Shown here: one piece after another, positions 8,170 through 17,600 of the stretch
Layout of the letters: the number at the start of each line of letters is the position of its first letter
Numbering within the stretch: position 1 is the stretch's first letter
DNA from: an uncultured virus (IMG/VR IMGVR_UViG_3300031992_000075)
Lineage: Duplodnaviria; Heunggongvirae; Uroviricota; Caudoviricetes
Virus record (IMG/VR): IMGVR_UViG_3300031992_000075
Length of the DNA stretch: 20,000 bases
Direction: 5' to 3' (one strand)
Translations under genes and position numbers: made by a program
Notes under the pieces: generated by a model
Told to the model about the DNA's origin: nothing
What the model saw: the letters and a program-made list of their open reading frames with translations, nothing else
Databases searched by the model: none

Positions 8170-8841
8170 TTAAATCCAGAAAATGCCATCAATAAGCGAC
8201 TTGTTGTAGGCAAGCACATAAGCGGGCAGGGGCTGCATCTTAGCAATCCAAGCTTGCTTGTTGTACACGCCAGAAACGCTATAGTTCGCATTTTGGAATC
8301 CATATCCCTCGGTGGGAAGCATGTCGCGGTCAGCCTCATTGAACACATTGGGCTTGGGGCAAAGTACGGTTGCGCTTGCTGATGCGGCAGTGCCAGAAGC
8401 CTCAACAAGAATAGTTCCAACGGTAAGTGCGCCAAGGGCGGTGTCAATAGTGACGGTGAACTCTTCGTTAGTCTCGCTATATGTCACGGCGGTAATTTTT
8501 GCCGACTGACCAGTAGTAGCTGCGGTTTGGGGTGCTACCATAATCAGCTGACCAACCTCAGGGGCATCCGAATAGCCATCACCCTTGATGTAAATGGTAG
8601 TTGCAGCGGCAGCACTAGTCTTAGAGATTGCGAACGAACGGAAGATAAGCATGGGTTGACCAGGAGTGTACTGCAAAAGCTGTGCAGCCCAAAGGTGGCC
8701 AAATCCCTTGTTCGGGTTGGCAATAGTGCCACCAAGAAGGATGTTGTTACGGCTTTCGCCATTACCATCCTTTACCCAAACCCATTTGCCGCCACGAACC
8801 TTTCGTGCGGTTTCAAAAAAGTATTGGAGATTCGTTACCAT
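8170..8841 (-). CDS. Putative head decoration (cement) protein, 223 aa
   Basis: Occupies the lambda gpD position between scaffold and capsid genes; Ala/Thr-rich central beta domain (TTIYIKGDG...TVTIDTALGALTVGTILVEA). Confidence 0.65.
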   Translation of the reverse strand: MVTNLQYFFETARKVRGGKWVWVKDGNGESRNNILLGGTIANPNKGFGHLWAAQLLQYTPGQPMLIFRSFAISKTSAAAATTIYIKGDGYSDAPEVGQLIMVAPQTAATTGQSAKITAVTYSETNEEFTVTIDTALGALTVGTILVEASGTAASASATVLCPKPNVFNEADRDMLPTEGYGFQNANYSVSGVYNKQAWIAKMQPLPAYVLAYNKSLIDGIFWI

Positions 8842-8859
8842 AGATGATTTTGTTGTTTT

Positions 8860-9489
8860 TTATTGAACTTTTATTTTACCTAAAGACATTATAAGTTCCT
8901 CGTCACGTTGTTGTTGCTGACGTGGTGCAAGCGGCTTAATATCGCCAATAGAATCTCGAAAGATGTCTTGGAATTGGCTTGTAAGCTTTTTTGCCTGTTC
9001 CTTGTCCTCTTTTTCCAACTCGACTTCATAGTTTGCCGCAAATTTCTCGAACGACGCATGCAAGTCTTGACGAATGTCCTTTTTTGCCAATTCGACAATG
9101 TTCTTAAACTTGGACTTTTTGCTTTCCTCGTTAACGAACTTCTCGTAAGCCTCCAGCTTGTCTTGTACCTCTTTCGGTATTTCGACTTTTGTTTCCTTTG
9201 GCTTGGCAACTTTCTTTTCCAGTTCGGCGATTCGGGTTTTGTACGAGTTTTCTTTCTCCTCAAAAGCCGTTGCCTTTGCTGTTGCAAGTTCCGAGGCACT
9301 ACTAAATGCTGTGTTAAGTGCAAATTTCAAACTTTTTTGCACGGCTTCATCCTCAATGTCACCATCTGGGTCTGCCTTTTGAAAGTGGTCTGCGAATTTG
9401 TCCTTAAAAACATCGGTTAGTGTTTCGGTCGTGTAACTTTTCTCGTTACAATAGTCGTTTACTTTCTGTAAAACTTCTTCTTTTGTCAT
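8860..9489 (-). CDS. Putative capsid scaffolding protein, 209 aa
   Basis: Highly charged K/E-rich coiled-coil protein upstream of the decoration and capsid genes; no protease motif seen. Confidence 0.7.
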   Translation of the reverse strand: MTKEEVLQKVNDYCNEKSYTTETLTDVFKDKFADHFQKADPDGDIEDEAVQKSLKFALNTAFSSASELATAKATAFEEKENSYKTRIAELEKKVAKPKETKVEIPKEVQDKLEAYEKFVNEESKKSKFKNIVELAKKDIRQDLHASFEKFAANYEVELEKEDKEQAKKLTSQFQDIFRDSIGDIKPLAPRQQQQRDEELIMSLGKIKVQ

Positions 9490-9527
9490 AGTTTTCTACT
9501 ATATTTTAATAAAAACAAATTGCTTTG

Positions 9528-9537
9528 TGCAAAGATA
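9528..9537 (-). promoter_or_regulatory. Bacteroidota-type -7 promoter box (TATCTTTGCA) for the leftward head/tail operon
   Basis: Matches TAnnTTTG, ~40 nt upstream of the scaffold ATG in AT-rich intergenic DNA; no clean -33 TTTG at canonical spacing. Confidence 0.7.
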
Positions 9538-9646
9538 GGATTATTTAAATAAATAAAAAAAACGCATTTGTTGCAATAGTGTTGGTTTTTCGTAAAATAC
9601 AACAAGATTTATAAGAGCTTGTGCTAAATGCCTTATAAACAATGTG

Positions 9647-9656
9647 TAACTTTGCA
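9647..9656 (+). promoter_or_regulatory. Bacteroidota-type -7 promoter box (TAACTTTGCA) for the rightward terminase/portal/lysis operon
   Basis: Matches TAnnTTTG, ~40 nt upstream of the terminase ATG at 9697; no clean -33 TTTG at canonical spacing. Confidence 0.7.
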
Positions 9657-9696
9657 AAAAGAAATTTCTTATAGTTGTTTATATAAATGTTCGTGT

Positions 9697-11472
9697 ATGG
9701 CAAGGAAGCGAAACGACATAGTGCTAGCCCCTTTGGAGGATGGAAACCAACGATTAGCTATCCGTTCCAATGCCGACATAGTATGTTTTACTGGCGGTAC
9801 TGGCGGCGGTAAATCCGTTGCCCTTTATTATGCGCCAATAGAACACCTTGCCATGAATGACAATGCCAAGATTGTGTGTTTTATGCGTAACATTTCCGAT
9901 TTCTGGGGTGCTGGAAAAGTTAATGATACGCTAAAAAAAATGTACCCATTAATTGACAGAACGCTAAAAAAACAACCACACGACCCAATTGGTGAAATTA
10001 TTCGTAACAATCAAGACATGGGTATGAAGTTGTACAACGGAAGTGAGATAAAATTCCAGCAACTTGATAATGAGAATCCTATTGTCATTGATAAAATAGT
10101 AAAAGGATTGCAAGCAAAAATCCTTATTTTTGACGAATGCAACAAATTTTTGTGGCGCACCATATCATCTTTTTTTCCACGTTTGCGTAGTGATTCCAAT
10201 GGTAAAGCACAAGTATTTCTTGCTCAAAACCCAGAGCGTGAATGCTTTATGCGAAAGATGTGTGGAAAAGGAGCGCATGGTGGCGGTTGGATAAATGATG
10301 ATGGCACAGTAGATAGGTCAATGGATGGTGTGGTAATGTATTTTTACATGCCAAATGGTGACTATGAAAAGGCTATATGGGGCAGAACCAAAAAAGAAGT
10401 CTATGAAAAAGGAAAGGATTTGATTGATGTCTTGTTGGCACAAGACACGGATATGACGTATGAGGATTTCATTCTTTCAATGGTATTCTTTACGTTTGAT
10501 GTGCGTGACAATAAGAAAATGCTTTCCAAAAACAAAGGCTATCGTGGATTGGCCGCAAATGCAGCTACCGCAGCATCAGCATATTCAGTAAACTGGAATT
10601 ATTCACTGACGGATGAAGAAGATAATTATGATGATGTCATAAGTGCTGAACTTTCTACACTAGATGTAGAACGTATGTTTCGCAACAATCCAATTCCAGA
10701 TGGCAGCACTATTCTCAAACGAAGGATGACAATGGATATGGCTACCACTGGTTTTGATAACTTGATTTTTAAGTATTGGGAATTGTGGTCGCACTACGGT
10801 TGGGTTTGTCGTGACATTAAATATTCTCTATCTAACTTGAACCGTGAGGCCGTTATTATGGCTATCCAATTTCGTGACAAGCATAATCTTCAAGAAAAAG
10901 AAATGATTATTGATGTTCAAGGATTTGGATTTCTCAAAGAATGCTTCCCACATGCCATTTTGTTTAGCGGTTCGACATCACCATCCAATCGCGGTAAAAA
11001 TCAGTTTAGGACAATGAAAGACGAAAGTGGTCATGTAACAATGGAAATGATACAATCTGGACTGATACACTACGACCCATCTTTGGCCAATGCACGATAT
11101 AACCATAAAAACATGAAACGTGAGGGTGGAACAACAATCTTAAAACACATGTTGTTTGAAAGCCGAATATTTCAGTTTAACAAAACACCGAATGGGCGAA
11201 TAACAATGATGGAAAAGGAAAAGATGCACACTATCCTAAAGGGAATGTCACCAGACCTTTTTGATAACGTTATATTGCTTTGTGGGGGTAGTATTTATGA
11301 TTGCTATCGAATGCTGAAAGAAGATGCTGGGATTATGCGAAAAAAGATACAGTCGGATGATATGTTGGCATTGCTTAATGTTAACACCGAACCATTTGAA
11401 GATGAAAGAATACATCGTGTGAAGAAGATAAGAAATGCGAATGAAATATTAAACATACTTAGCGCAATATAA
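9697..11472 (+). CDS. terL: Terminase large subunit, 591 aa
   Basis: Walker A GGTGGGKS, Walker B LIFDE, coupling motif LAQNP, RNase H-like nuclease motifs MTMDMATTGFD and SPDLFD. Start placed at 9697 (MARKRNDIVLAP) because the 9628 ATG lies upstream of the promoter box. Confidence 0.95.
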   Translation: MARKRNDIVLAPLEDGNQRLAIRSNADIVCFTGGTGGGKSVALYYAPIEHLAMNDNAKIVCFMRNISDFWGAGKVNDTLKKMYPLIDRTLKKQPHDPIGEIIRNNQDMGMKLYNGSEIKFQQLDNENPIVIDKIVKGLQAKILIFDECNKFLWRTISSFFPRLRSDSNGKAQVFLAQNPERECFMRKMCGKGAHGGGWINDDGTVDRSMDGVVMYFYMPNGDYEKAIWGRTKKEVYEKGKDLIDVLLAQDTDMTYEDFILSMVFFTFDVRDNKKMLSKNKGYRGLAANAATAASAYSVNWNYSLTDEEDNYDDVISAELSTLDVERMFRNNPIPDGSTILKRRMTMDMATTGFDNLIFKYWELWSHYGWVCRDIKYSLSNLNREAVIMAIQFRDKHNLQEKEMIIDVQGFGFLKECFPHAILFSGSTSPSNRGKNQFRTMKDESGHVTMEMIQSGLIHYDPSLANARYNHKNMKREGGTTILKHMLFESRIFQFNKTPNGRITMMEKEKMHTILKGMSPDLFDNVILLCGGSIYDCYRMLKEDAGIMRKKIQSDDMLALLNVNTEPFEDERIHRVKKIRNANEILNILSAI

Positions 11473-11490
11473 ACAAAAGAGAAACACATT

Positions 11491-12999
11491 ATGATTAGAG
11501 AGCATGACATAAATTGGTATCTCAGCGAACCCACACGCTTAATGCAGATGAAGCCTTTTACAAGGGGTGGTATTATGCGTCCTCACGGATACGAGTGTCA
11601 GTCGGTCTTGAATAACACCATGATAGACACAGGGTTTGCTAACTTGGAACTAAAGCCAATATCACAGGATAGATATATAACGGAATATAGGCCAGACCTG
11701 CATCATATCCTGCTAAATGAATCCATCCCACACATCAAAGTTCGCATTGATGGTATGCCTTTGAACTTTGGTATGATGGATATGACACAAACGGCATCGT
11801 TCCAAAAACTTATACATTCGGCACATGTACGTTCTTTGACATCTAACCCACTTGAATTTACTTTAGGCAAAAATGATGCGAAGAATGGAGGCATCGAACC
11901 TTTTGAGGACGTAAAAGATGAATGGGAACAGCGAAACCTTGACTATTCACTTTCACAAGCCATTAATATATGCAAGCAACTTGGCAATTGCGGACTTTTG
12001 TTCAGCTTTGACAAAGACATGGGAAAGGTAGTCGTAACGACATATAGTTACGAGGATGGCTACCAGATAATCCCAAACTATGACGAATATGGATATGAGA
12101 TTTCCCGTTCTTTGGTGTACCAGCTAGAGAACAAAATTGTCATTGACACATTTGATGCAAAAAATCATTACAGATGCACACAAGTGGAAAACGGATGGAA
12201 CATTAAAAATGAATTGCATGGCTTTAGCCGTTGCCCATTGCTTCACAAGCGTGGAAAAGTTGCTTGGGAATATGCTGAATCAAGCATTGAAATGTGGGAA
12301 TTGTTATCAAACATTGCCAACATAGCTTTGAAACGCTTTGGAACATTTGCATTGGTGTTTACTGGTGATATGGACATGGAATCATTCAAGCGTGATAGTT
12401 CAACGTTGATTATCAACCTATCAAGTGATGTTCAAAATGGAAAGCAGTCCGCTGATGTATTGAAATTCCCAGAGCCAACAACGATGAATGAATATCTAAA
12501 GGCTTTGGAGGAAAAAATATCACTTTTTTCATCAACATCATTCATTACACCAAAGGACATAACAACAACCAATAGTGGTGGCAATGGTATAGCCTTGGCT
12601 ATGTCTAATGACTACGCATTGGCAACACAAACGGCAAAAGACTGGAAAAAATTTGTCAACGATATGGTTTACCTGCACCAAGAGGGAATGGATATTGAAA
12701 ACAATGGCACGAGCAAATATGCAAAATTGAAAATTTCAACAGAAATTGTTCCTTGGTCGCTTGAAACCAACAATACAAAAATCACTAACCTTTCAATGGA
12801 GGCTAAGTGGCTTTCTATGAAGACAATTATTGAAAAGTCACCCGATGCAGCACCAGACGAAATAGAACGTATTATAGAGGAACGTGGCGCACTGATTCCC
12901 CAAGACGGAATGGATGCAAATGCCGCAAAAGCCAAAAACATAAGCGAGAATCGTAGCGACGAAATCGTGGATAACAGAGTAGAAACTGGATTGTCGTAA
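11491..12999 (+). CDS. Portal protein (probably SPP1 gp6-like), 502 aa
   Basis: Directly follows terL; typical size; motifs HGFSRCPL, SGGNGIALAM and LSMKTIIEKSP resemble SPP1-type portals. Confidence 0.85.
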   Translation: MIREHDINWYLSEPTRLMQMKPFTRGGIMRPHGYECQSVLNNTMIDTGFANLELKPISQDRYITEYRPDLHHILLNESIPHIKVRIDGMPLNFGMMDMTQTASFQKLIHSAHVRSLTSNPLEFTLGKNDAKNGGIEPFEDVKDEWEQRNLDYSLSQAINICKQLGNCGLLFSFDKDMGKVVVTTYSYEDGYQIIPNYDEYGYEISRSLVYQLENKIVIDTFDAKNHYRCTQVENGWNIKNELHGFSRCPLLHKRGKVAWEYAESSIEMWELLSNIANIALKRFGTFALVFTGDMDMESFKRDSSTLIINLSSDVQNGKQSADVLKFPEPTTMNEYLKALEEKISLFSSTSFITPKDITTTNSGGNGIALAMSNDYALATQTAKDWKKFVNDMVYLHQEGMDIENNGTSKYAKLKISTEIVPWSLETNNTKITNLSMEAKWLSMKTIIEKSPDAAPDEIERIIEERGALIPQDGMDANAAKAKNISENRSDEIVDNRVETGLS

Positions 13000-13005
13000 C
13001 ACAAA

Positions 13006-13374
13006 ATGGAAATCTATAGCATAATAAATACCGTAATAACAATAGTCCTTGGTGGTGGATGGTTTTTGCATTGGCGTGCAAGCAGAAAAAAAGCTAATGG
13101 TGAAGCAACCGTTGCCGAAGCAGAAGGATGGATAAAACAACAAGAGGCTTATCACAATTCTATAGAGGAATGGCGAAATACCTGTGAATTTATACGCAAA
13201 GATAGGGATGAATTAAGGCGTGAAAACGAGGAACTAAGAAAAGAAAATCGTGAGTTAAGAAAGCGCATTGGCGAACTTGAAGACAAGATACAAGACATGC
13301 AAAAGGATATTGCCCGCAATGGACGTAGAATCGAAGCACTGATAAACAAAAAGAAAAAGGAAAAAACCACATAA
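13006..13374 (+). CDS. Putative holin-like membrane protein (one N-terminal TM helix plus coiled coil), 122 aa
   Basis: Hydrophobic IYSIINTVITIVLGGGWFL followed by basic RASRKK and a heptad coiled coil; immediately upstream of the endolysin. Confidence 0.6.
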   Translation: MEIYSIINTVITIVLGGGWFLHWRASRKKANGEATVAEAEGWIKQQEAYHNSIEEWRNTCEFIRKDRDELRRENEELRKENRELRKRIGELEDKIQDMQKDIARNGRRIEALINKKKKEKTT

Positions 13375-13388
13375 AAAATAATTGAACT

Positions 13389-14003
13389 ATGGTAACGATA
13401 AAAAAAGGTAGCACAGGTGATGATGTAAAAACCTTACAATCCTCTTTGCACTTAGTCACAGATGGTATCTTTGGCCGAATAACAGAGGAGGCGGTAAAAG
13501 ATTTCCAAAAGAAGAATGGCTTAAAAGCGGATGGTGTGGTTGGAGATTTGACATGGGCAAAAATCCTTGGTGATAGCAGGCTGAAAACATCAAAGCGTTA
13601 TATCAATGAAATTATTGTTCATTGTAGCGCAACACGAGAGGGTCGTGATTATACGGTGGCAGACATCACACGTTGGCATAAGCAGCGTGGCTTTAATACC
13701 ATTGGCTATCATTATGTTATTTATCGTGATGGGTCGTTAAATCTTGGTCGTGATGTTAACCTTGTGGGCGCACATTGCACCAACCATAATGCACATTCCA
13801 TTGGCGTGTGCTACATTGGTGGTTGCAAGCTGGATGGAATATCACCAAAGGACACTAGGACGGAAGCGCAAAAAACCGCATTGGTTAACCTATTAAAAGA
13901 ACTGCGTAGAAAATACCCATACGCAAGAATACATGGGCATAGGGATTTCGCTAACAAGGCTTGCCCGTCATTTGATGCCACAAACGAATACAAAAACATC
14001 TAA
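13389..14003 (+). CDS. Endolysin: N-terminal peptidoglycan-binding domain plus Zn-dependent N-acetylmuramoyl-L-alanine amidase (T7 lysozyme/Amidase_2-like), 204 aa
   Basis: PG_binding_1 pattern (KKGSTGDDVKTLQ, DGIFGRITEEAVKDFQKKNGLKADGVVG); amidase motifs IIVHCSAT, IGYHYVI, GAHC, SIGVCYIGG and HGHRDFANKACPSF. Confidence 0.95.
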   Translation: MVTIKKGSTGDDVKTLQSSLHLVTDGIFGRITEEAVKDFQKKNGLKADGVVGDLTWAKILGDSRLKTSKRYINEIIVHCSATREGRDYTVADITRWHKQRGFNTIGYHYVIYRDGSLNLGRDVNLVGAHCTNHNAHSIGVCYIGGCKLDGISPKDTRTEAQKTALVNLLKELRRKYPYARIHGHRDFANKACPSFDATNEYKNI

Positions 14004-14008
14004 GGTTT

Positions 14009-14623
14009 ATGGAACAAACAACTGGCGAAAAACTCAGCTATGCCGAAATGTGGCGGCAACAACAATTGATGAATAATGGCTGTGGCACACCTTTTGTTTA
14101 TTTGCTATTAGCCTTGTTTATTATGTGCTTTATGTCATGTGCGACAAAGAAAGAGGTCATCAAAGACGAAAAGGAAAAGACCGAGGTTAATGTTGATTCA
14201 GCAAAGACCGAAATTGTCAAACAAGACTCTACTGATGTGACCCACAAGACGGACGTAAAGGAAACGGAAAAAGTAGAAACAAAAACCAAGGTCGAAAAGT
14301 CCGATTCCACCGTTATGACGGTTGATGCTCAAGGAAATGTAATCAAGCAAGAAACGTGGCACAAAGAAAAGGAAACCGTGTCACGTAACCGCGAATATGA
14401 AAAACAATTGCTTGATTCAATCGCACATTTTCACCTTGCACGTGACTCGCTGAGACAATACATAGCAAAGTGCGATTCTTTGACCGAAATGATAAACCAC
14501 CAAGAGGCTAAGGTCGTTGAAAAAACAAAAATTCCTAAAATCTATAAAATTTCTTTGATTATTTCAATCCTTTGTATTATCTTTGCATTTGTAAAACTAA
14601 TAAGATGGCTGAAAACATTTTAG
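14009..14623 (+). CDS. Putative unimolecular spanin (lipoprotein with C-terminal TM helix), 204 aa
   Basis: Hydrophobic stretch ending in a lipobox-like FMS-C (Cys44), T/K/E/D-rich periplasmic region, C-terminal TM ISLIISILCIIFAFV and basic tail; follows the endolysin. True start may be ATG 14069. Confidence 0.75.
   Translation: MEQTTGEKLSYAEMWRQQQLMNNGCGTPFVYLLLALFIMCFMSCATKKEVIKDEKEKTEVNVDSAKTEIVKQDSTDVTHKTDVKETEKVETKTKVEKSDSTVMTVDAQGNVIKQETWHKEKETVSRNREYEKQLLDSIAHFHLARDSLRQYIAKCDSLTEMINHQEAKVVEKTKIPKIYKISLIISILCIIFAFVKLIRWLKTF
14554..14587 (+). promoter_or_regulatory. Internal Bacteroidota consensus promoter (TTTG-N20-TATCTTTG) upstream of the tail tip gene
   Basis: TTTG at 14554-14557, 20-nt spacer, TATCTTTGCA at 14578-14587; next ATG at 14605. 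Confidence 0.55.
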
Positions 14624-17600
14624 GACGAAATTATACGTTTCCAATCTTTAATGCGGATGGTACTGCATTTCACGGATTAGAGATAAAAAAATCTACCGTT
14701 GAAAGCATCGTTATGTCTCTTGGTGACAAGATAACGGGTGATGTTTATTACAGAGACAACACCCTTTCGGTAACGATGCAGGAATACATCGTTTACAATG
14801 ATGTGAAGTACTCATTGGTATCGCCACCAACAATAGTTCGTGAGGGCATGGTCGCTGACAATGGCGAACTTGCTGGTATGACAAAATATTCATTCACGTT
14901 CTATCACCCAATGTATATGTTGGGTAATTTTGTTTTTGCCGACATTGCCGTACCAGGAAGTGATGAATCAAAGTATCTTTCGCAAAACAAGACATTTGCA
15001 TGGATTGGAACATTTGTTGAGTTCATTGCCAAGCTGAATGCAAACCTAAAGACAACAGAATGGGTAGTTGACATTGCACCTAGTGTTTCACAAGAAACAA
15101 GGAACAAGATGTGTGATGAACCACTTTCGTTCGACAAGCAATATATCAGTGATGCGCTAAAGACTTGCTACGAAACGTGGAAAGTGCCGTTTGTGATAAC
15201 AACTATTACTGATAACGAGAATGATAAGAAATTCCTTATTACATTTGGGCTACCATCACAAGAAATATACGAGATAGATGAACACGGACAAAGGACAAAC
15301 GTGCCTTTCGTGTTCAAGTTCGGAAAAGGTGTCGGATTAAAGAATAATTCTAGAACACCAAAGAACAACAAAATTGTAACCCGAATTGTTGGCTATGGTA
15401 GTGAAAGAAACGTTCCTTTTGGCTATCCGCAAATTGTGTGGGTTGGTAGTCAGTCGTGGTCATACACCATTGGCAACAATCCCAACATGCCAAATAGCTA
15501 TCCAATCTATGATGGTATTGTTGGCGGTCAAAGAGTTCGTTTGATTAAGCATCCATTCACTAGGTCAACGCTTATGCCGTCGGTGTATTCCGATGCGGTA
15601 AACAAAAAAGTAAATCCTTATGCAACGGGTTATGACCCAGACATCGAAATAAAGGATTATTATGACGCAGATATAACATATCCAAACCCAATAGTCTTAG
15701 AAGCACCTTCGGTAGAAATACACCAGTTTGAGGACATATACCCAAGACTTGGGCAACAAGCAATTGTTAGCGCAGAGCCTTTTGACACGGTAAAACAAGA
15801 TGGTTCAACACAAACAACCTATGTGGCTGCTTTTCTAGGTTCTCTTTTGGTTCGTATCACAACCGTCAAGAATGAAAAGGAAAAGGAGGCACTACGAAAT
15901 CTTTACAATGCCATTGAACGTGTCTGCGTGTCATACCATGATGAAAATACAGGTGGTTCATACACGTTCAAGTGTGATGTGACAAGTGATGATGACTATT
16001 ACTACATCAAATACACTTCGGACAACGTAAACTATGACGTTGTTGCGCTAAAGGAAGGCCACACGCCAGCAACAGAGTGGAATGACAAGATGAATGATGA
16101 TGGCGAATATATACAAAGCTATTTCAAGATAAAATTGCCACGTTTGTCATTCGACTTGTATGCTAGTGCTGCAATAACAAAGGAAATGACCATAAACATG
16201 CGCACAGGTGCATGTAAGGGATGCTCTTTCCCCGTTCAAGTTGATTGGGAAGATTATGTGGCCAATTTCTATGATAGCAACGGCAACTTCGCACCAAATG
16301 GTTCTCAGCGTGATTTGGAAAAATACCCAAAGTCTAACCAACAACAGATTACGGTCATTGTTCAAAAAGAGACTGACACATTTGGCACGCTAATGCCAAA
16401 CATCTACCAACAGCCACATAGCGGTGATGAATTTGTTGTTCTTGGAATATCGCTACCAACATCATACATAAGCGAAGCAGAATCGGAATTGGATGATGCC
16501 ATGATGGAATACATGTTGGAGAACAACGTGCATTACTATGACTATCCGCTGAAATTTGATGAACACTTCCTTGCTACACACACAGGCATACTTGAACAAA
16601 TGCAGAACAACAATATTGTTCACTTTCAGTATGCTGGTGTACAGGTGAACCTATACATTAAGCAAATCACAATAAAGTTCGGTGAAAAAGTACTACCACA
16701 ATACGACATTACGCTAACTGATGATATTGAGATTGTCCTTAACCAAATAGGGCAAGTTACGGATGATGTCAGCCGCTTGCGTGTTCAGTTGTCGGAACTT
16801 CAAAAGTACTATTCCGAAAGTGTAGTATCGGAAATCAATAACAAGCTTTCCCGTGTTCAAGATGATGTCAGCCAAGGTAGGATAACTTTCCAACAAGGAT
16901 TGGATGCCATTGGTTCTGTGATATTCCATGATGAACTAAGAAGCCCACAATTTGAAACTGGCCTATATGATGGACGTGGTTGGCGCATTGACCAACTTGG
17001 AAATGCAGAGTTTGAATCAGCCCGTGTCCGTTCTTATTTGGAGGTTGTGGAATTGCTTATCAATAGGCTGCAAGCACAAGAGGGTGATACGTTATACACG
17101 GATAATGACCAAGTTGATAAGGTAGATAGAATTGTTGATGAAACCGATGGTAGTGTCTCTTATATTCTTTCGCTGAAAGAAAAATACGATGGCTATGTTA
17201 CTGGGCAGATGTATGGTAACGTACTAAAGGGAATAATCAACACGCTAGCCGCCAAACAAGCAGGCATAAGTGATGAAAGTGGCACGTCGGTAGAAGCGGA
17301 TGGTTCTAACAAATACTACACATCATGGTCACGCGTAATAGCCACACACAACACGGATAACACACTTGGTGTAAACCAAATTCGTGTTGTTCTATATGGT
17401 GATGACTTCGTTCCTGCTGGTCGCAACTTTGAACCTTGCGAATTGATGACCATTGCACGATGGGGATGCGTGGATTACTCCAATCCCGAAGACCCAGATT
17501 ACGAGGAAATCAAGGCATCTATCATTCGCCGCCAGCGCGTGTTTATGATTAGCACTACCGAGGGGCGTGTTGTCAAGTATAATGGTGTTGATGCTCCAAT

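Noticed and set aside
9628..9696. 23-aa N-terminal extension of terminase from ATG 9628
   Set aside because: Overlaps the -7 promoter box and AT-rich leader; ATG 9697 is more plausible.
9928..9972. Direct repeat ACGCTAAAAAAA twice in terL, with A7-A8 runs
   Set aside because: Encodes TLKK twice within an intact frame; no evidence of a functional alternative-frame product or phase variation.
6073..14623. Possible stop-codon reassignment (TAG or TGA), as in some gut phages
   Set aside because: All genes are intact under the standard bacterial code, and TAG (6076, 14621) and TGA (6398) fall at sensible gene ends.
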